Of a DNA stretch of 64,000 bases, positions 27,517 through 40,900 are shown in pieces. Every line of letters starts with the position of its first letter. The stretch's first letter is position 1. This DNA comes from Eledone cirrhosa (lineage: Eukaryota), in contig OZ024741.1 of assembly GCA_964016885.1 (NCBI GenBank), forward strand, positions 118,792,001-118,856,000. The letters run 5' to 3'. The notes below the pieces were generated by a model. The model worked only from the letters and a program-made list of their open reading frames with translations, made no database searches and was not told where the DNA came from. A program made the translations under genes and the position numbers.

Positions 27517-27521
<5 letters not shown>
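27214..27521. mobile_element. Fold-back element with a partial hammerhead-like motif
   Basis: Arms ~120 bp; right arm gct..agc-GAAA-c[gtgc]gtc followed by AATAAA; ends in (TA)n. Confidence 0.7.
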
Positions 27522-27585
<64 letters not shown>

Positions 27586-27962
27586 AAAGGTAAACAGAAA
27601 TAGCAACACAATCGGTACAGTATATGGAAGGTATATATTAGGTTAACGCTTGGTAACGTTGTTGGACCTCCGTCGTTTCCGACGACTTTGCTCCAGTTGA
27701 TTCAATTAACGGAACTGCGTGCACGTTACTATAACATGTACTGGCTGAGATTTCCACAGACACGTACACCGTTAACGTAGTTCCCAGAGAGATTCAACGT
27801 GACACAATTACAAGCACAAATTCTTTGTGCCAGCTAAGTTGATTGAAGGAACGTAACGTAGAGTATCTTGCTCAAAGAGACAACGTACTAACCCAGCAGC
27901 TTAACTTCTTTGCTATGCTCCTTCACATACACACATAATATATATATATATATACTCACACG

Positions 27963-27999
<37 letters not shown>

Positions 28000-28334
28000 C
28001 ATATACATACTCACACACAATATATATATATATATATAAGATGGAGGGTCTGTCGTTATATATATATATATATTGAGATGGAGGGTCTGTCGTTTTTCTC
28101 ACAGATGTGAGAAAAACCACAGACACTCCATCTCAATTCTACTTTTGAAAAGCAGAAGAACTGCGAAACCGTAAAGGAACCAAATAAATATATATTTAAA
28201 AGAAAAAAGACTCCAGTTGCATTTTCGATTTCATCTATTTTCCTTATACTTTCACTCGTGTAGGACACCTCGGTTATTTTTCATTTTGTAAAAAAAACCT
28301 CACTTCCTAATATATATATATATATATATATATA

Positions 28335-28871
28335 AGTTTATCCGGGGTTCAATCGGGGGTAACCAAAATACATAGCAGAGTATTCTTTTCACCTTAGCGA
28401 ATCAGGTCCCTTACGATTTGAACATATATCTATATATCTGTGTTCGTTTTTCTTTTTCTTTTATATTCTATTATAATATACGGCTCCGAAATATCTCTTT
28501 CATAGAGCTATTTTGTTGAAAGAGACTATTTTGAGTTCCTAACTCAATATATACATTTAATAAATATATATATATGTATTTAATATAGAAATTACTTCTA
28601 CAGGGCTAGAACTGTTTCAACCATCAGTGCTTTCTCCCGAATGAAACAGTTCTAGCCCTGTAGAAGTCATTTCTATATTAAATACATATATATATATTTA
28701 TTAAATGTATATATTGAGTTAGGAACTCAAAATAGTCTCTTACAACAAAATAGCTCTAAGAAAGAGATATTTCTATATTATAATAGAATATAAAAGAAAA
28801 ACGAACACAGACATACAGATATATGTGTTCAAATCGTAAGGGACCTGATTCGCTAAGGTGAAGAGAATACT
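28335..28871. mobile_element. Long fold-back element (~240-bp arms); extra fragment at 29195-29270
   Basis: Centre agaactgtttca...tgaaacagttct; 3' half of a hammerhead GAAA-CAG[ttctagcc]CTG-TA. Confidence 0.8.
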
Positions 28872-29271
28872 AACTATAGACAATTGGGTTCGCCTGTCTC
28901 AATTTAAGAAAAAATTAAGAAAATAAATACAAACCGGAATTGTGGTAACTACCAATCACCCAGACAACTTGTTGTTGTTTCGCAAAGTTAATTGTGAATA
29001 GAAATACTAATCCAAGCTCATCAGTGGGTGATAAATTAGTATCCTAGACATATCTATGTATGCTATATATAAAACATAAAACAGCGCACATGGCATCCTA
29101 GCGAGTCTCACAAACCCACACCACTAAACATAGCAGCCAGGTTTACTCGACATTTGAAATAGCTCAACAAATTAACGGAGCCGAATATATGAAATGTATA
29201 AATTGAGTTAGGAACTCAAAATAGTCTCTTACAACAAAATAGCTCTAAGAAAGAGATATTTCTGAGCCGTA

Positions 29272-29348
29272 TAGAGTGTCTCAAAAAATGTATTAACACT
29301 TCAACACCATTCTAATGAAAGCGTGTATGCATTTTGGGGGACACCCTG
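29272..29348. mobile_element. ~77-bp Tc1/mariner-type MITE
   Basis: tagagtgtctcaaaaaatg...cattttgggggacaccctg|ta; second copy at 53934-54012. Confidence 0.65.
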
Positions 29349-29353
29349 TATGT

Positions 29354-29385
<32 letters not shown>

Positions 29386-29734
29386 ATACACACACTGACA
29401 CACACACACGGACACAAATTATCCATTCTTTGCCGTTCAATTTAAGTTTCAGTAACAACTGAGATTTACAACAAACGGTGGTGGTAGTGGTGGCGACGGT
29501 GGTGGTATCGGTGGTTGTGGTGGTGGTGGTGGAGATGATGGTGTTAGCGCTGGTAGCGGTGGTGGTGGTGGCAGTGGTGCAATACACTGCTGTGGAAACT
29601 TTCAAAGGCAGAATTCCTTAGATGTCTGAAGCTTTAAAATTATGCTTCATTGATTTACATATTTCTGCATATAGCTTTCAAGATATCTTCATTTCTATGG
29701 CATTTCTCTTACATAATTTCTCTTATTTGTTTCA

Positions 29735-29837
<103 letters not shown>

Positions 29838-29905
29838 AATCTCTTCTCTCTCTCTGGAAACATAAAAACACATCATATATATATATATGCTGTATATATA
29901 CATAT

Positions 29906-30007
<102 letters not shown>

Positions 30008-30105
30008 GTATATATATATAGATGTGTGTTCATGCGCAGAGATGATATAGAATAGCTTATAGAATAGGCTGAGTTCCTTAAAAGACGGAAAAAGAAGTTT
30101 CCATC

Positions 30106-30178
30106 GGCCACTATGAGGATTCGAATCCCATATCTCCTAGGTTCTAACTAGGCGTTTTAAACCATAAACCAAGGGACC
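30106..30178 (-). pseudogene. Degenerate tRNA-like sequence inside a repeat
   Basis: D arm gttt.atggtt.aaac, anticodon stem cctag/ctagg, T loop ttcgaat; acceptor stem imperfect. Confidence 0.45.
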
Positions 30179-30343
30179 GTAAGAACTCTTACCGTCTTAA
30201 ATTAGATAGTTTAATCACAGCTTTTTAAATAACAAATATCGTGTATACGTAGCCAATCTATCGGATTTTTACGAAGGGTTGAGGGAATAAAGAATGATGT
30301 GCCCATGTGCGGATATATATATATGTATATATATATATATATG

Positions 30344-30422
<79 letters not shown>

Positions 30423-30725
30423 CTATATATATCCGCACATGGGCACATCATTCTTTATATTAACTTTAGTCCCAGTGCTTTGAGAAAACAACACCAAATT
30501 TCAGCACTGAGCATATAAAAGGATCGAAATAACAGAAGTTTTATTCCATTGTTATGTTTTTCTGTTTGCTTTCTGTTCAAATTCTAGTTGTCGGACGAGG
30601 TCTTAACTGTTGCATAATGGTTATCACTGAAATATATATAACAGCGAATATGAATAAACGAAGTTAATTTTAATATGTTGACTTACACAGTGGCGTAGCT
30701 AGGGTATTTTAATATGTTGACCACA

Positions 30726-32930
30726 CAGTGGCGTAGCTAGGGTAAACGGCGCCCAGGGCAAACATCAAAATTGCGCCCCCCCCCCCCCCCCCCCCCATCA
30801 AAAAATCAAGATCCACAAAGACGAAATTGCGGTAGAATTTATAATAAAAAATAAAAAAAACGGTTACAACTTGATTTTTCGGGCTTTTAATGAGGCAAAC
30901 TGGTTGATAATTTCCTCGAAATCAGTTCGTTCAAACTCTTCGATTTCTACACTCAAAAGGGCGAGGTCAGTCAGCCGTTGTTGGCCCATTGAGGTTCGCA
31001 AATACGAATGTATTAGCTTCAGCTTGTTGAACGACCTCTCGTAATTGGCAATTGAAATAGAAATCGTCAACATTATTTAAATGCTGATTCGCAAATTGGG
31101 AAAAACACTTTAAATTGGGTCAGCTGTCCTAGTAGCCAGCAAAGATCGGCAGTCCAAGATTTCCTCATACAATTGCTCTCCGTCGATGTCGGAGTTGTAT
31201 AGTTCCGCAAGACTGTTGCACCTTTGTTTAAGGACAAGGTTATCAGGAGCAGCCAAATAAAACAGATAGTTGACATCAAGAAGAAAGCCAAAACTTGAGT
31301 CGGTTTCCTTAAGTCGAATAAACCGTTCTTCCATTTCTGTTTGAAGACGATTCAGTGAACTTTGCATTGCTCTCTCTATCTCTTCTCTGGCAGCTACCTC
31401 GACGTCCTCAGTAATTTCGGTATTGGTTTGTCGTCTTCCTCGCCTCCTCGGAAAATCGACATTCCATTTCTGGCAGAGGTCGAAGCCCATTTCAAGAGAC
31501 TCGTGGATTAAAGATGTTCCTTCTTCTTTAAAATAAAGTTGAAGGGCTCCTATATCAGTTGCAGCATCGTGAAAATTCATTCTTGGATCTTGAAGTCTCT
31601 TTTGAACCCGGTCAATTCGTGAGAGAATCGTGTTCCAGAATCCAATCAAGTTCAGGAATTCATAACTCAGTATCCGATTATGGAGATTACTGGCATCACT
31701 TCTACTCTCGCATGTCTCTGTTTCATCATCACTAATTTTTTCGAGAACTTGAACAATCAGCGCCAAATAAATCGCCACCGGTCTGACTGCGGTACATCTA
31801 GCACTCCACCGCGTGTCGGAAGGATATTTAACAACCACTGGAGCAACTTCTTTAAGGGCTTCCCATCGTCGTGTTGAACGAGAAAAAAAGTTGTATAACG
31901 AGTCAATGCAACTGAAAAAGTTCATCATAGCAGAATCGTTTTTGGCTGCATGAAGACCAGCCAGATTAAGTGAATGGTTATCGTAATTAACGAAGTGAAT
32001 CAAATTCTTCTTCTCTCTCATTCTCTGCTGAACCCCACTGCAGTGCCCAGCCATTATGGCAGCATTGTCGTAGCACTGCGATCGACAGTTCTGCAGTGGC
32101 AGGTCATCTTTTTCTAGCTCTTTCACGATTGTTTCAACAAGGCTTGCGGCATCTTTTTTTGATTACTTGAATGAATCCAAGAAAAGATTCCCCCACAACG
32201 ACCGTCTTCATATTGAAATCAACATCGACATATCGCACAACTTTTGACAGTTGTTCTTGGTGCGCCTGGTCAGGGGTCCAATCAATCAGCAGACCATAGT
32301 ATCTTGCTTTTTGGATACGATTTAGTAAATTCTGACGAACTGTATTATAGAAGAAAACATTGAACCATCTAAACTGGAGTCAAATTGAATTCCTAATAGA
32401 AGCTATCCGATCCTATCTGGCCATTTGGATTATGATGCCTTTTCTATACGTCTTATGTACCAGTTGTAAAAGACAAACTACTCTGTTTTACAAACCAGCT
32501 TCATAATTATAATTATCTTGTATTGGTCATTGCAATGCATTGCTAAAAATAGTGCCTGCGTGTCCACCAGTTGCACGTCCAAAACTACGCCCCTTCAGTC
32601 AGTTTGGTGGGGGCGGTTAAGTGAGGTCAAGTGAGGTATCCGCTGTTTTGCAATGTATAATTGCCCGCATAATTGCAACCCACCCTGCTGTCAGTGTGGA
32701 GAGGGGGAGGGGGTGTTTTTGTGAAGTCAAATCAGACATCTGCTCTGTCTAGTGCACTAGACATGGCGTGGAAGTCGGCTATCAAGAAATCACATGCTTC
32801 ATTTTTGGCTTATATTTTTAAAAATGATAAAAATGACATGGATGTAAATCGATCTAGGTCGAAATTACGCCCCCCTAAATATGGCGTCCGTGGCATGTGC
32901 CCTGCTTGCCACACCCTAGCTACGCCACTG
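30726..32930 (-). mobile_element. hAT DNA transposon with disrupted ZMYM1-like transposase
   Basis: 18-bp TIR cagtggcgtagctagggt / accctagctacgccactg; YDNAA.MAG, HSLNL, DTRW, ERSFNKLKLI (hATC). Confidence 0.92.
30864..32330 (-). pseudogene. hAT transposase remnant (frameshifts, N-terminal deletion)
   Basis: ORFs 31110-32126 and 30864-31073 plus upstream catalytic-domain remnants. Confidence 0.88.
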
Positions 32931-32951
32931 CACAGATACACACACACACAA

Positions 32952-32997
<46 letters not shown>

Positions 32998-33002
<5 letters not shown>

Positions 33003-33369
33003 AAAATTGAACGGGAACAAAACAGAGAGGCAGTACAAACAAAGGTTTATTAATTTCACGCTCTTGAGAGTGGGGTGGTGGTGGGGAACGACGTTTCGGG
33101 CATAAGCCCTTCTTCAGGTGAAAAGTGTGTGGGAAGAGAGTTCAAAGGGTGTGTAGGGGAGTGGTGGAGAGACATATAGCAAAAAGGGGGTGAGAGGAAA
33201 CGGTGCAAATGAAATTAAAAATAAAGGCATGATCAAAATAAAATTAAAATGGGGTAAAACAGGTGGTGGAAGGGTGTGAGGCGTGTAGGGGTGGTGGCGG
33301 GCGGAGTGAGGAGAGGGAGACGGGGTGTCCGAGCGGGGAGGGCTGAAGGTGGTGTGTGTGTGTAGGTGT

Positions 33370-33410
<41 letters not shown>

Positions 33411-34141
33411 CAAGGGTTGGGGGAAGAACGGGGTTGCATGTTCAGGAAGAGGTGTGTGTGGGGTGGGGTGTAGGTCGGAGTGTGTGTGCGTGTGTGGATA
33501 GAGGGGTAGGGGAGAGGATTCCAGAGGCTGAATGTGTAAATATGTGGTGGTACACACGTGTGTGTGTGGTGTTTATGCGTGTTGTGGATGTAGGTGGCGT
33601 GTGGGACAACATTTTTTTGGGGGGTGTGTGTGTGGGGTGAGTCATAAAGGTAATTCCGTAAAAAGATGTGGTGGAATGCTGAGTAAAATCCTGGGATGCG
33701 ATGGATTCTCGGGATCAAGGTTCACATATGTGTAATCCGTGAAGAGATTGGTCGGAAGAGGGGAGATGTGGGGGTGCGCGCGCAACAGGAAGTGGTCAGA
33801 GGGTCAAGGCAGGAGGAGTGTTGTGTGTCTGTGTGTGCGGGGAGGTGGTCAGAGGGCATAGCAGCAGTAGGGTAGAATGGTAAGTGAAGGTGTGTCAGTG
33901 TATGCGGCGGACAGGGGAAAGGATGGGTAGGTGTGAAAGTTGGAGTGAGGAGGGTGTGTGTGTATTAGTAGAGGTGTTAGTGGGATGAGTGAGTGTTTGA
34001 GAAAGGGTGTGGGTGGAGCGGGGAGAGAAGGGTGTGGGGGACGATGGAGGGAGTGTAGTGTACTGGTGTTTGTGTGGTGAAGGGGGTGTTAGTGGGTGTT
34101 AGTATACAGGAGGTGGAGAAAGGGTTGAATGCTCTTTTAAC
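32998..34141 (-). mobile_element. Penelope-like pseudo-LTR with hammerhead-like motif and AATAAA
   Basis: Minus strand CTGAAGA-a-gggc-ttat-gccc-GAAAC then aataaa and (TA)n; body shared with 1-240. Confidence 0.7.
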
Positions 34142-34188
<47 letters not shown>

Positions 34189-34193
<5 letters not shown>

Positions 34194-34560
34194 AAACTTG
34201 GACGGGAACAAAAACAGAGAGGCAGTACAAATAAAAGTTTATTAGGTTCACGCCCTTGAGAGTGTGTGTGTGTGGGGAGGGGACGTTTCGAGCATAAGCC
34301 CTTCATCAGGAGAAAAGTGGGTAGGAAGTATATATATTCCTGCCTGTTTTCAAGTCCAGCAGTCGCAAGAGTGGGAGCGGAGGGATCATCTTGATGAGAA
34401 CCAGTTAAGGTCAAAATGCATCGACGATTGTCCTTCTTCCTTCTGTTAGACACCACCAGAGGGCGTTAGCCCTGATGTCTTGCATAGCTACGGCTTTCTA
34501 AATGTTTACCTATAAACATACCGTATTTCTTTGGAAATACGAAATTCCAATACATATTTG
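34189..34560 (-). mobile_element. Second PLE-like terminal copy of the same family
   Basis: Minus strand CTGATGA-a-gggc-ttat-gctc-GAAAC; first ~130 bp match 32998-33125. Confidence 0.7.
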
Positions 34561-34587
34561 TATACAGCTATGCATGAAGCTTAATCC

Positions 34588-34677
<90 letters not shown>

Positions 34678-35044
34678 TATAGATATATATATAATACTAA
34701 AAACAAACACAAGTGATTGCTGCTAACGAACAGTAACGACTGTGAAATATATATACACACTGAAACACACCTTAAAACATCTACAAATTCGGTTGCTAGT
34801 GCACTTCTTAATATATATATATATATATATTGTTTATTATTTTTCTCATGACAGGCTGAATGAATTGGAGCCCAGAACCCAACGAAACTTGAGTACCTGT
34901 TTATGTCACTGTTGTAATTATATATATAATAAACTCGTCCAATGGACTGAGTGCTCTTACCCTTGGATATTTCCACTTAACTTTTACTTAAACATTACAT
35001 TCATGTAACCATCTTTTTTTACATTAATTTATATTCCTTTTGAA

Positions 35045-35163
35045 GTTCCGATGAACTGCTCCAATTTTACCTAAGTTAATTATCTTCAACTGAACCACAT
35101 CAATAATGATCTATAATCATTTGATCCAGAAACATTATATGGAGGAGCGAAACAATTGTAAAC
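35045..35163 (+). ncRNA. Degenerate hammerhead with ~80-nt stem II insertion
   Basis: GUU-CCGAUGA-acu-GCUCC...GGAGC-GAAA-C[AAUU]G-UA^-AAC; U4C change. Confidence 0.5.
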
Positions 35164-35476
35164 GGACATTATTAGTATTATTATTATTATTCTTTATATT
35201 CCTTGCACTAAACTAAAACTATGTTGACAATATTTTAATAATGTCTTCCTTGTGAAATTTGTGGTCTTGTTTTGCTTAACTAATGAATATTTCCAGCTCT
35301 GTGCACCTAACCTCTGCATGAACCCAGCCACCTAGCTGCCTTCCGCTGCATATTGCACATTGAGCACATGCCTTTACGCTTTGGCTTCTAACTAATTCAC
35401 CAATCTCTCTTCTCATCTCCTATCTCCATCTCTCTCTTTAAGATTGGTTACTCTTGAACTGTATGTATATACATAT

Positions 35477-35507
<31 letters not shown>

Positions 35508-35521
35508 AGTATGTATGTATG

Positions 35522-37185
35522 TATGGAGTGAAACAGGGGGATATTCCAGCATCGACCCTGTTTGCCATATACTTTGCAATGGTTTTCTGTATTGCATTCA
35601 GGAATTGCGAGCATGGTGTTTACATCCGATATCGAACCTCAGGCATATTTAACATCAGGCGCTTTGCTGCGAAGACAAAAGTATTTACATCAATCATAAG
35701 AGACCTCTTGTATGCAGATGATTGCGATCTTGTAGCGCACACAGAGAGTGATATGCAGCACATTTTGAATGCATTTTCTGACGCTTGCACTGCCCTAGGA
35801 TTGACTGTCAGTCTCAAGAAAACCGTCGTCATGTACCAACCTGCCCCTGGTAAGCAGTACAGTGAACCAAATATCTATGTGCATGGTAAACGACTTGGAG
35901 TTGTTGATCAGTTTGTCTACCTGGGAAGCACTGTCAATCGATACAGCAACCTTGATAGTGAAATCTCACTTAGGATTAGGAAAGCAAGTGATGCTTTCGG
36001 AAAGCTAGAAAGGCGACTCTGGGGTCGGCGAGACATATGCAAGAAGTCAAAGGTAAATGTGTACAAGACATGTGTGCTCTCTTCTCTTCTTTATGCCTGC
36101 GAGACCTGGGTCACATATCGACACCACCTTAAGCAATTGGAGCGTTTCCATCAGATGTGTCTCAGACGGATCCATGGCGTTCACTGGAGGGACCACATCA
36201 GTGATATCGAGATTTTGGAAAGCTCTATGTGTGACAGTATAGAAGCTCTTGTGCTTAAGCAACGACTCCGTTGGAGTGGTCACCTTGCCAGGATGAAGGG
36301 TTCTAGAATACCAAAACAACTCTTTTATGGAGAGTTGGTTAAAGGAAAACGACCGCCACATAAACCCAAAAAGAGGTATAAGGATTCCTTGAAGGCCTCT
36401 TTGAAAGACGCTAACATCTCTGCTGATACATGGGAAAATATTGCTGTTGATCGTAATAAATGGGGAAAGACTGTATATGAGGGAAAAGTTGCCTTTGAGG
36501 CATCTCGAATAGCATACGAGAAAGTAAAGCGGGATGTGAGGCAGGGCATTGCTGTTGCACTTCCAGACGGCGAGGGTCCTCCTATGGTGCTGACATGCAG
36601 CGTCTGTGCGAGACTCTGCCTAAGCAAAGCTGGACTCGAAAGTCATCTTCGCAGTCATAAAGTAAGACCAGTGGTTGACTACCAGGCTGCTGTTGGATAT
36701 GCTACTCATCATGCTTGCCAAGCATGTGGTAGAGAATGTAAATCAGCAGGAGGGCTCAAGCGACATGCAAAAGTACACGAACTCCAACCACAGCCGACTA
36801 TTCCCAGTGAATGTTTTGGTTGCCGACTCTGTGCAAGGCATTTTAGATCATTGGCTGGGCTAAAAAGCCACATTCTATCGCAGCGCTGTTAGTTGCTATC
36901 GTGTGTGTGTATAGATATGTTTATGTGTGTGTATATATATATATATATGTATATTACAATTGTTGTTGTTGTCGTTATTATTATTGTTGTTATTATTATC
37001 GCCGAGGTTAACTTTGCCTTTCATCCTTACGGTGTCGATAAAATAAAGTACCAGTAATGTACTGGGTAATTGCTGGCCTTGTGCCAAAAGTAGAAACAAT
37101 TATTATTATTATTGTTATTAATATATATATATATTTTTTTTTTCTCGTGCAATGGCCATACTCGATAACGAGGGGGCAGCCATCA
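35522..37185 (+). mobile_element. 5'-truncated RTE LINE: RT plus three C2H2-type zinc fingers; SINE fragment in the 3' UTR (37000-37100)
   Basis: GVKQG, LYADD, FVYLGS, LLYACETW, LRWSGH; CxxC..H fingers; 3' end ctcgataacgagggggcagccatca. Confidence 0.93.
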
Positions 37186-37379
37186 TGTATGTATGTATGT
37201 ATGTATGTATGTATGTATGTATGTATGTATGTATGTATGTATGTATGTATGTATGTATGTATGTATGTTCCATAGATAGTCACATCTGTCTTTTAACGGT
37301 TTTTCTGTGTTGTTAATTCTGTATAAGTTTATGTATTTATTTTACCTTTATTCAATTTTTTTTCACTCTTTTTTCTTTT

Positions 37380-37910
37380 TTACTTTCGCATCATTATCAA
37401 CAACGACACCATCACGACGATGATAACCATCACCACCCCGACCCCTCTCCCCACTACCGCCATCACAATCACAACTACCACCATCACCACCATCATCATC
37501 ATCATCATTACTATCACGACCATAACAATCTCGACTACCACCATCATCACCATTCCCACCTTCATCACAACTCTCACCACCACCACCACCACCACCACCA
37601 CCACCACCACCATTCTTTCTTGCTGCAGCTACTTAACTATTATCGCCTATTATGGTATTATACTTTATGTACTGTTGTTGTTGTTGGGGTTATTGTTGTA
37701 GTTGTGGTCGTTGTTTTTATGGTTGAGGTGGTGGTGGTTATGCTTGTGGTGGGGTAGTGGTTATGGTTGAGGTGTGGGGTGGTGATGGGGGTAGTGTTTG
37801 TTGTTCTCCTCGTAGTTGTAGTGGTCATAGTGGTTGTTGTAGTTGTGTTTGTAATGATGGTTGTTCTTGTCGTAGTGGTTGCTCTTGTTGTTGTTGTTGC
37901 TGTTGTCAGC
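37380..37910. repeat. Degenerate (CAC/CAT)n and (GTT/GGT)n low-complexity tracts
   Basis: Direct reading. Confidence 0.85.
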
Positions 37911-37969
37911 ACACTAATTGTTTATATGTATTTTGTAAAAAGAACATAACACAATACCATGGACAGCTG

Positions 37970-40900
37970 CACTGTAGCTGTTTATTGTTATTGTTGTGGT
38001 TGTAGCTGTTGTTGTTATTGTTGTGGTTGTAGCTGTTGTTGTTATTGTTGTGGTTGTAGCTGTTGTTGTTATTGTTGTGGTTGTAACTGTTTATTGTTAT
38101 TGTTGTGGTTGTAGCTGTTTATTGTTATTGTTGTGGTTGTAGCTGTTTATTGTTATTGTTGTGGTTGTAGCTGTTGTTGTTATTGTTGTGGTTGTAACTG
38201 TTTATTGTTATTGTTGTGGTTGTAGCTGTTGTTGTTATTGTTGTGGTTGTAACTGTTTATTGTTATTGTTGTGGTTGTAGCTGTTGTTGTTATTGTTGTG
38301 GTTGTAACTGTTTATTGTTATTGTTGTGGTTGTAGCTGTTGTTGTTATTGTTGTGGTTGTAGCTGTTGTTGTTATTGTTGTGGTTGTAACTGTCGTTGTT
38401 ATTGTTGTGGTTGTAACTGTTTATTGTTATTGTTGTGGTTGTAGCTGTTTATTGTTATTGTTGTGGTTGTAGCTGTTGTTGTTATTGTTGTGGTTGTAAC
38501 TGTTTATTGTTATTGTTGTGGTTGTAGCTGTTGTTGTTATTGTTGTGGTTGTAACTGTTTATTGTTATTGTTGTGGTTGTAGCTGTTTATTGTTATTGTT
38601 GTGGTTGTAGCTGTTGTTGTTATTGTTGTGGTTGTAACTGTTTATTGTTATTGTGGTTGTAGCTGTTGTTGTTATTGTTGTGGTTGTAACTGTTGTTGTT
38701 ATTGTTGTGGTTGTAACTGTTTATTGTTATTGTTGTGGTTGTAGCTGTTGTTGTTATTGTTGTGGTTGTAACTGTTGTTGTTATTGTTGTGGTTGTAGCT
38801 GTTGTTGTTGTGGTTGTAACTGTTGTTGTTATTGTGTGGTTGTAACTGTTGTTGTTTTCGTTGTTACTGCTGTTGTTATTGTGTGATTCTAACTGTTGTT
38901 GTTTCGTTGTTACTGTTGTTGTTATTGTTGTGGTTGTAACTGTTGTTGTTTCGTTGTTACTGCTGTTGTTATTGTTGTGGTTGTAACTGTTGTTGTTTTC
39001 GTTGTTACTGCTGTTGTTATTGTTGTGGTTGTAACTGTTGTTGTTTCGTTGTTACTGTTGTTGTTATTGTTGTGGTTGTAACTGTTGTTGTTTCGTTGTT
39101 ACTGCTGTTGTTATTGTTGTGGTTGTAACTGTTGTTGTTTTCGTTGTTACTGCTGTTGTTATTGTTGTGGTTGTAACTGTTGTTGTTTCGTTGTTACTGT
39201 TGTTGTTATTGTTGTGGTTGTAACTGTTGTTGTTTCGTTGTTACTGCTGTTGTTATTGTTGTGGTTGTAACTGTTGTAGTTTTAGTTGTTACTGCTGTTG
39301 TTATTGTTGTGGTTGTAACTGTTGTTGTTTTCGTTGTTACTGCTGTTGTTATTGTTGTGGTTGTAACTGTTGTTGTTTTCGTTGTTACTGCTGTTGTTAT
39401 TGTTGTGGTTGTAACTGTTGTTGTTTTCGTTGTTACTGCTGTTGTTATTGTTGTGGTTGTAACTGTTGTTGTTTTAGTTGTTACTGCTGTTGTTATTGTT
39501 GTGGTTGTAACTGTTGTTGTTTTCGTTGTTACTGCTGTTGTTATTGTTGTGGTTGTAACTGTTGTAGTTTTAGTTGTTACTGCTGTTGTTATTGTTGTGG
39601 TTGTAACTGTTGTTGTTTTCGTTGTTACTGCTGTTGTTATTGTTGTGGTTGTAACTGTTGTTGTTTTCGTTGTTACTGCTGTTGTTATTGTTGTGGTTGT
39701 AACTGTTGTTGTTTTCGTTGTTACTGCTGTTGTTATTGTTGTGGTTGTAACTGTTGTTGTTTTCGTTGTTACTGTTGTTGTTATTGTTGTGGTTGTAACT
39801 GTTGTTGTCTTAGTTGTTACTGCTGTTGTTATTGTTGTGGTTGTAACTGTTGTTGTTTTCGTTGCTACTGCTGTTGTTATTGTTGTGGTTGTAACTGTTG
39901 TTGTTTTAGTTGTTACTGCTGTTGTTATTGTTGTGGTTGTAACTGTTGTAGTTTTAGTTGCTACTGCTGTTGTTATTGTTGTGGTTGTAACTGTTGTTGT
40001 TTTAGTTGTTACTGCTGTTGTTATTGTTGTGGTTGTAACTGTTGTTGTTTTCGTTGTTACTGCTGTTGTTATTGTTGTGGTTGTAACTGTTGTAGTTTTA
40101 GTTGTTACTGCTGTTGTTATTGTTGTTGGTGTAACTATTGTTGTTTTCGTTGCTACTGCTGTTGTTATTGTTGTTGTTGTAACTGTTGTTGTTTTCGTTG
40201 TTACTGCTGTTGTTATTGTTGTGGTTGTAACTGTTGTTGTTTTCGTTGTTACTGCTGTTGTTATTGTTGTGGTTGTAACTGTTGTTGTTTTCGTTGTTAC
40301 TGCTGTTGTTATTGTTGTGGTTGTAACTGTTGTTGTTTTAGTTGTTACTGCTGTTGTTATTGTTGTGGTTGTAACTGTTGTTGTTTTCGTTGTTACTGCT
40401 GTTGTTATTGTTGTGGTTGTAACTGTTGTTGTTTTAGTTGTTACTGCTGTTGTTATTGTTGTGGTTGTAACTGTTGTTGTTTTCGTTGTTACTGCTGTTG
40501 TTATTGTTGTGGTTGTAACTGTTGTTGTTTTAGTTGTTACTGCTGTTGTTATTGTTGTGGTTGTAACTGTTGTTGTTTTCGTTGTTACTGCTGTTGTTAT
40601 TGTTGTGGTTGTAACTGTTGTTGTTTTCGTTGTTACTGTTGTAGTTATTGTTGTAGTTGTAACTGTTGTTGTTTTCGTTGTTACTGTTGTAGTTATTGTT
40701 GTGGTTGAAACTGTTGTTGTTTTCGTTGTTACTGTTGTTGTTATTGTTGTGGTTGTAACTGTTGTTGTTTTCGTTGTTACTGCTGTTGTTATTGTTGTGG
40801 TTGTAACTGTTGTTGTTATTGTTGTGGTTGTAACTGTTGTTGTTTTCTTTGTTACTGTTGTTGTTATTGTTGTGGTTATAACTGTTGTTGTTTTCGTTGT

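Noticed and set aside
30106-30178. Functional tRNA gene
   Set aside because: Acceptor and T stems are mismatched and it is embedded in repeat sequence
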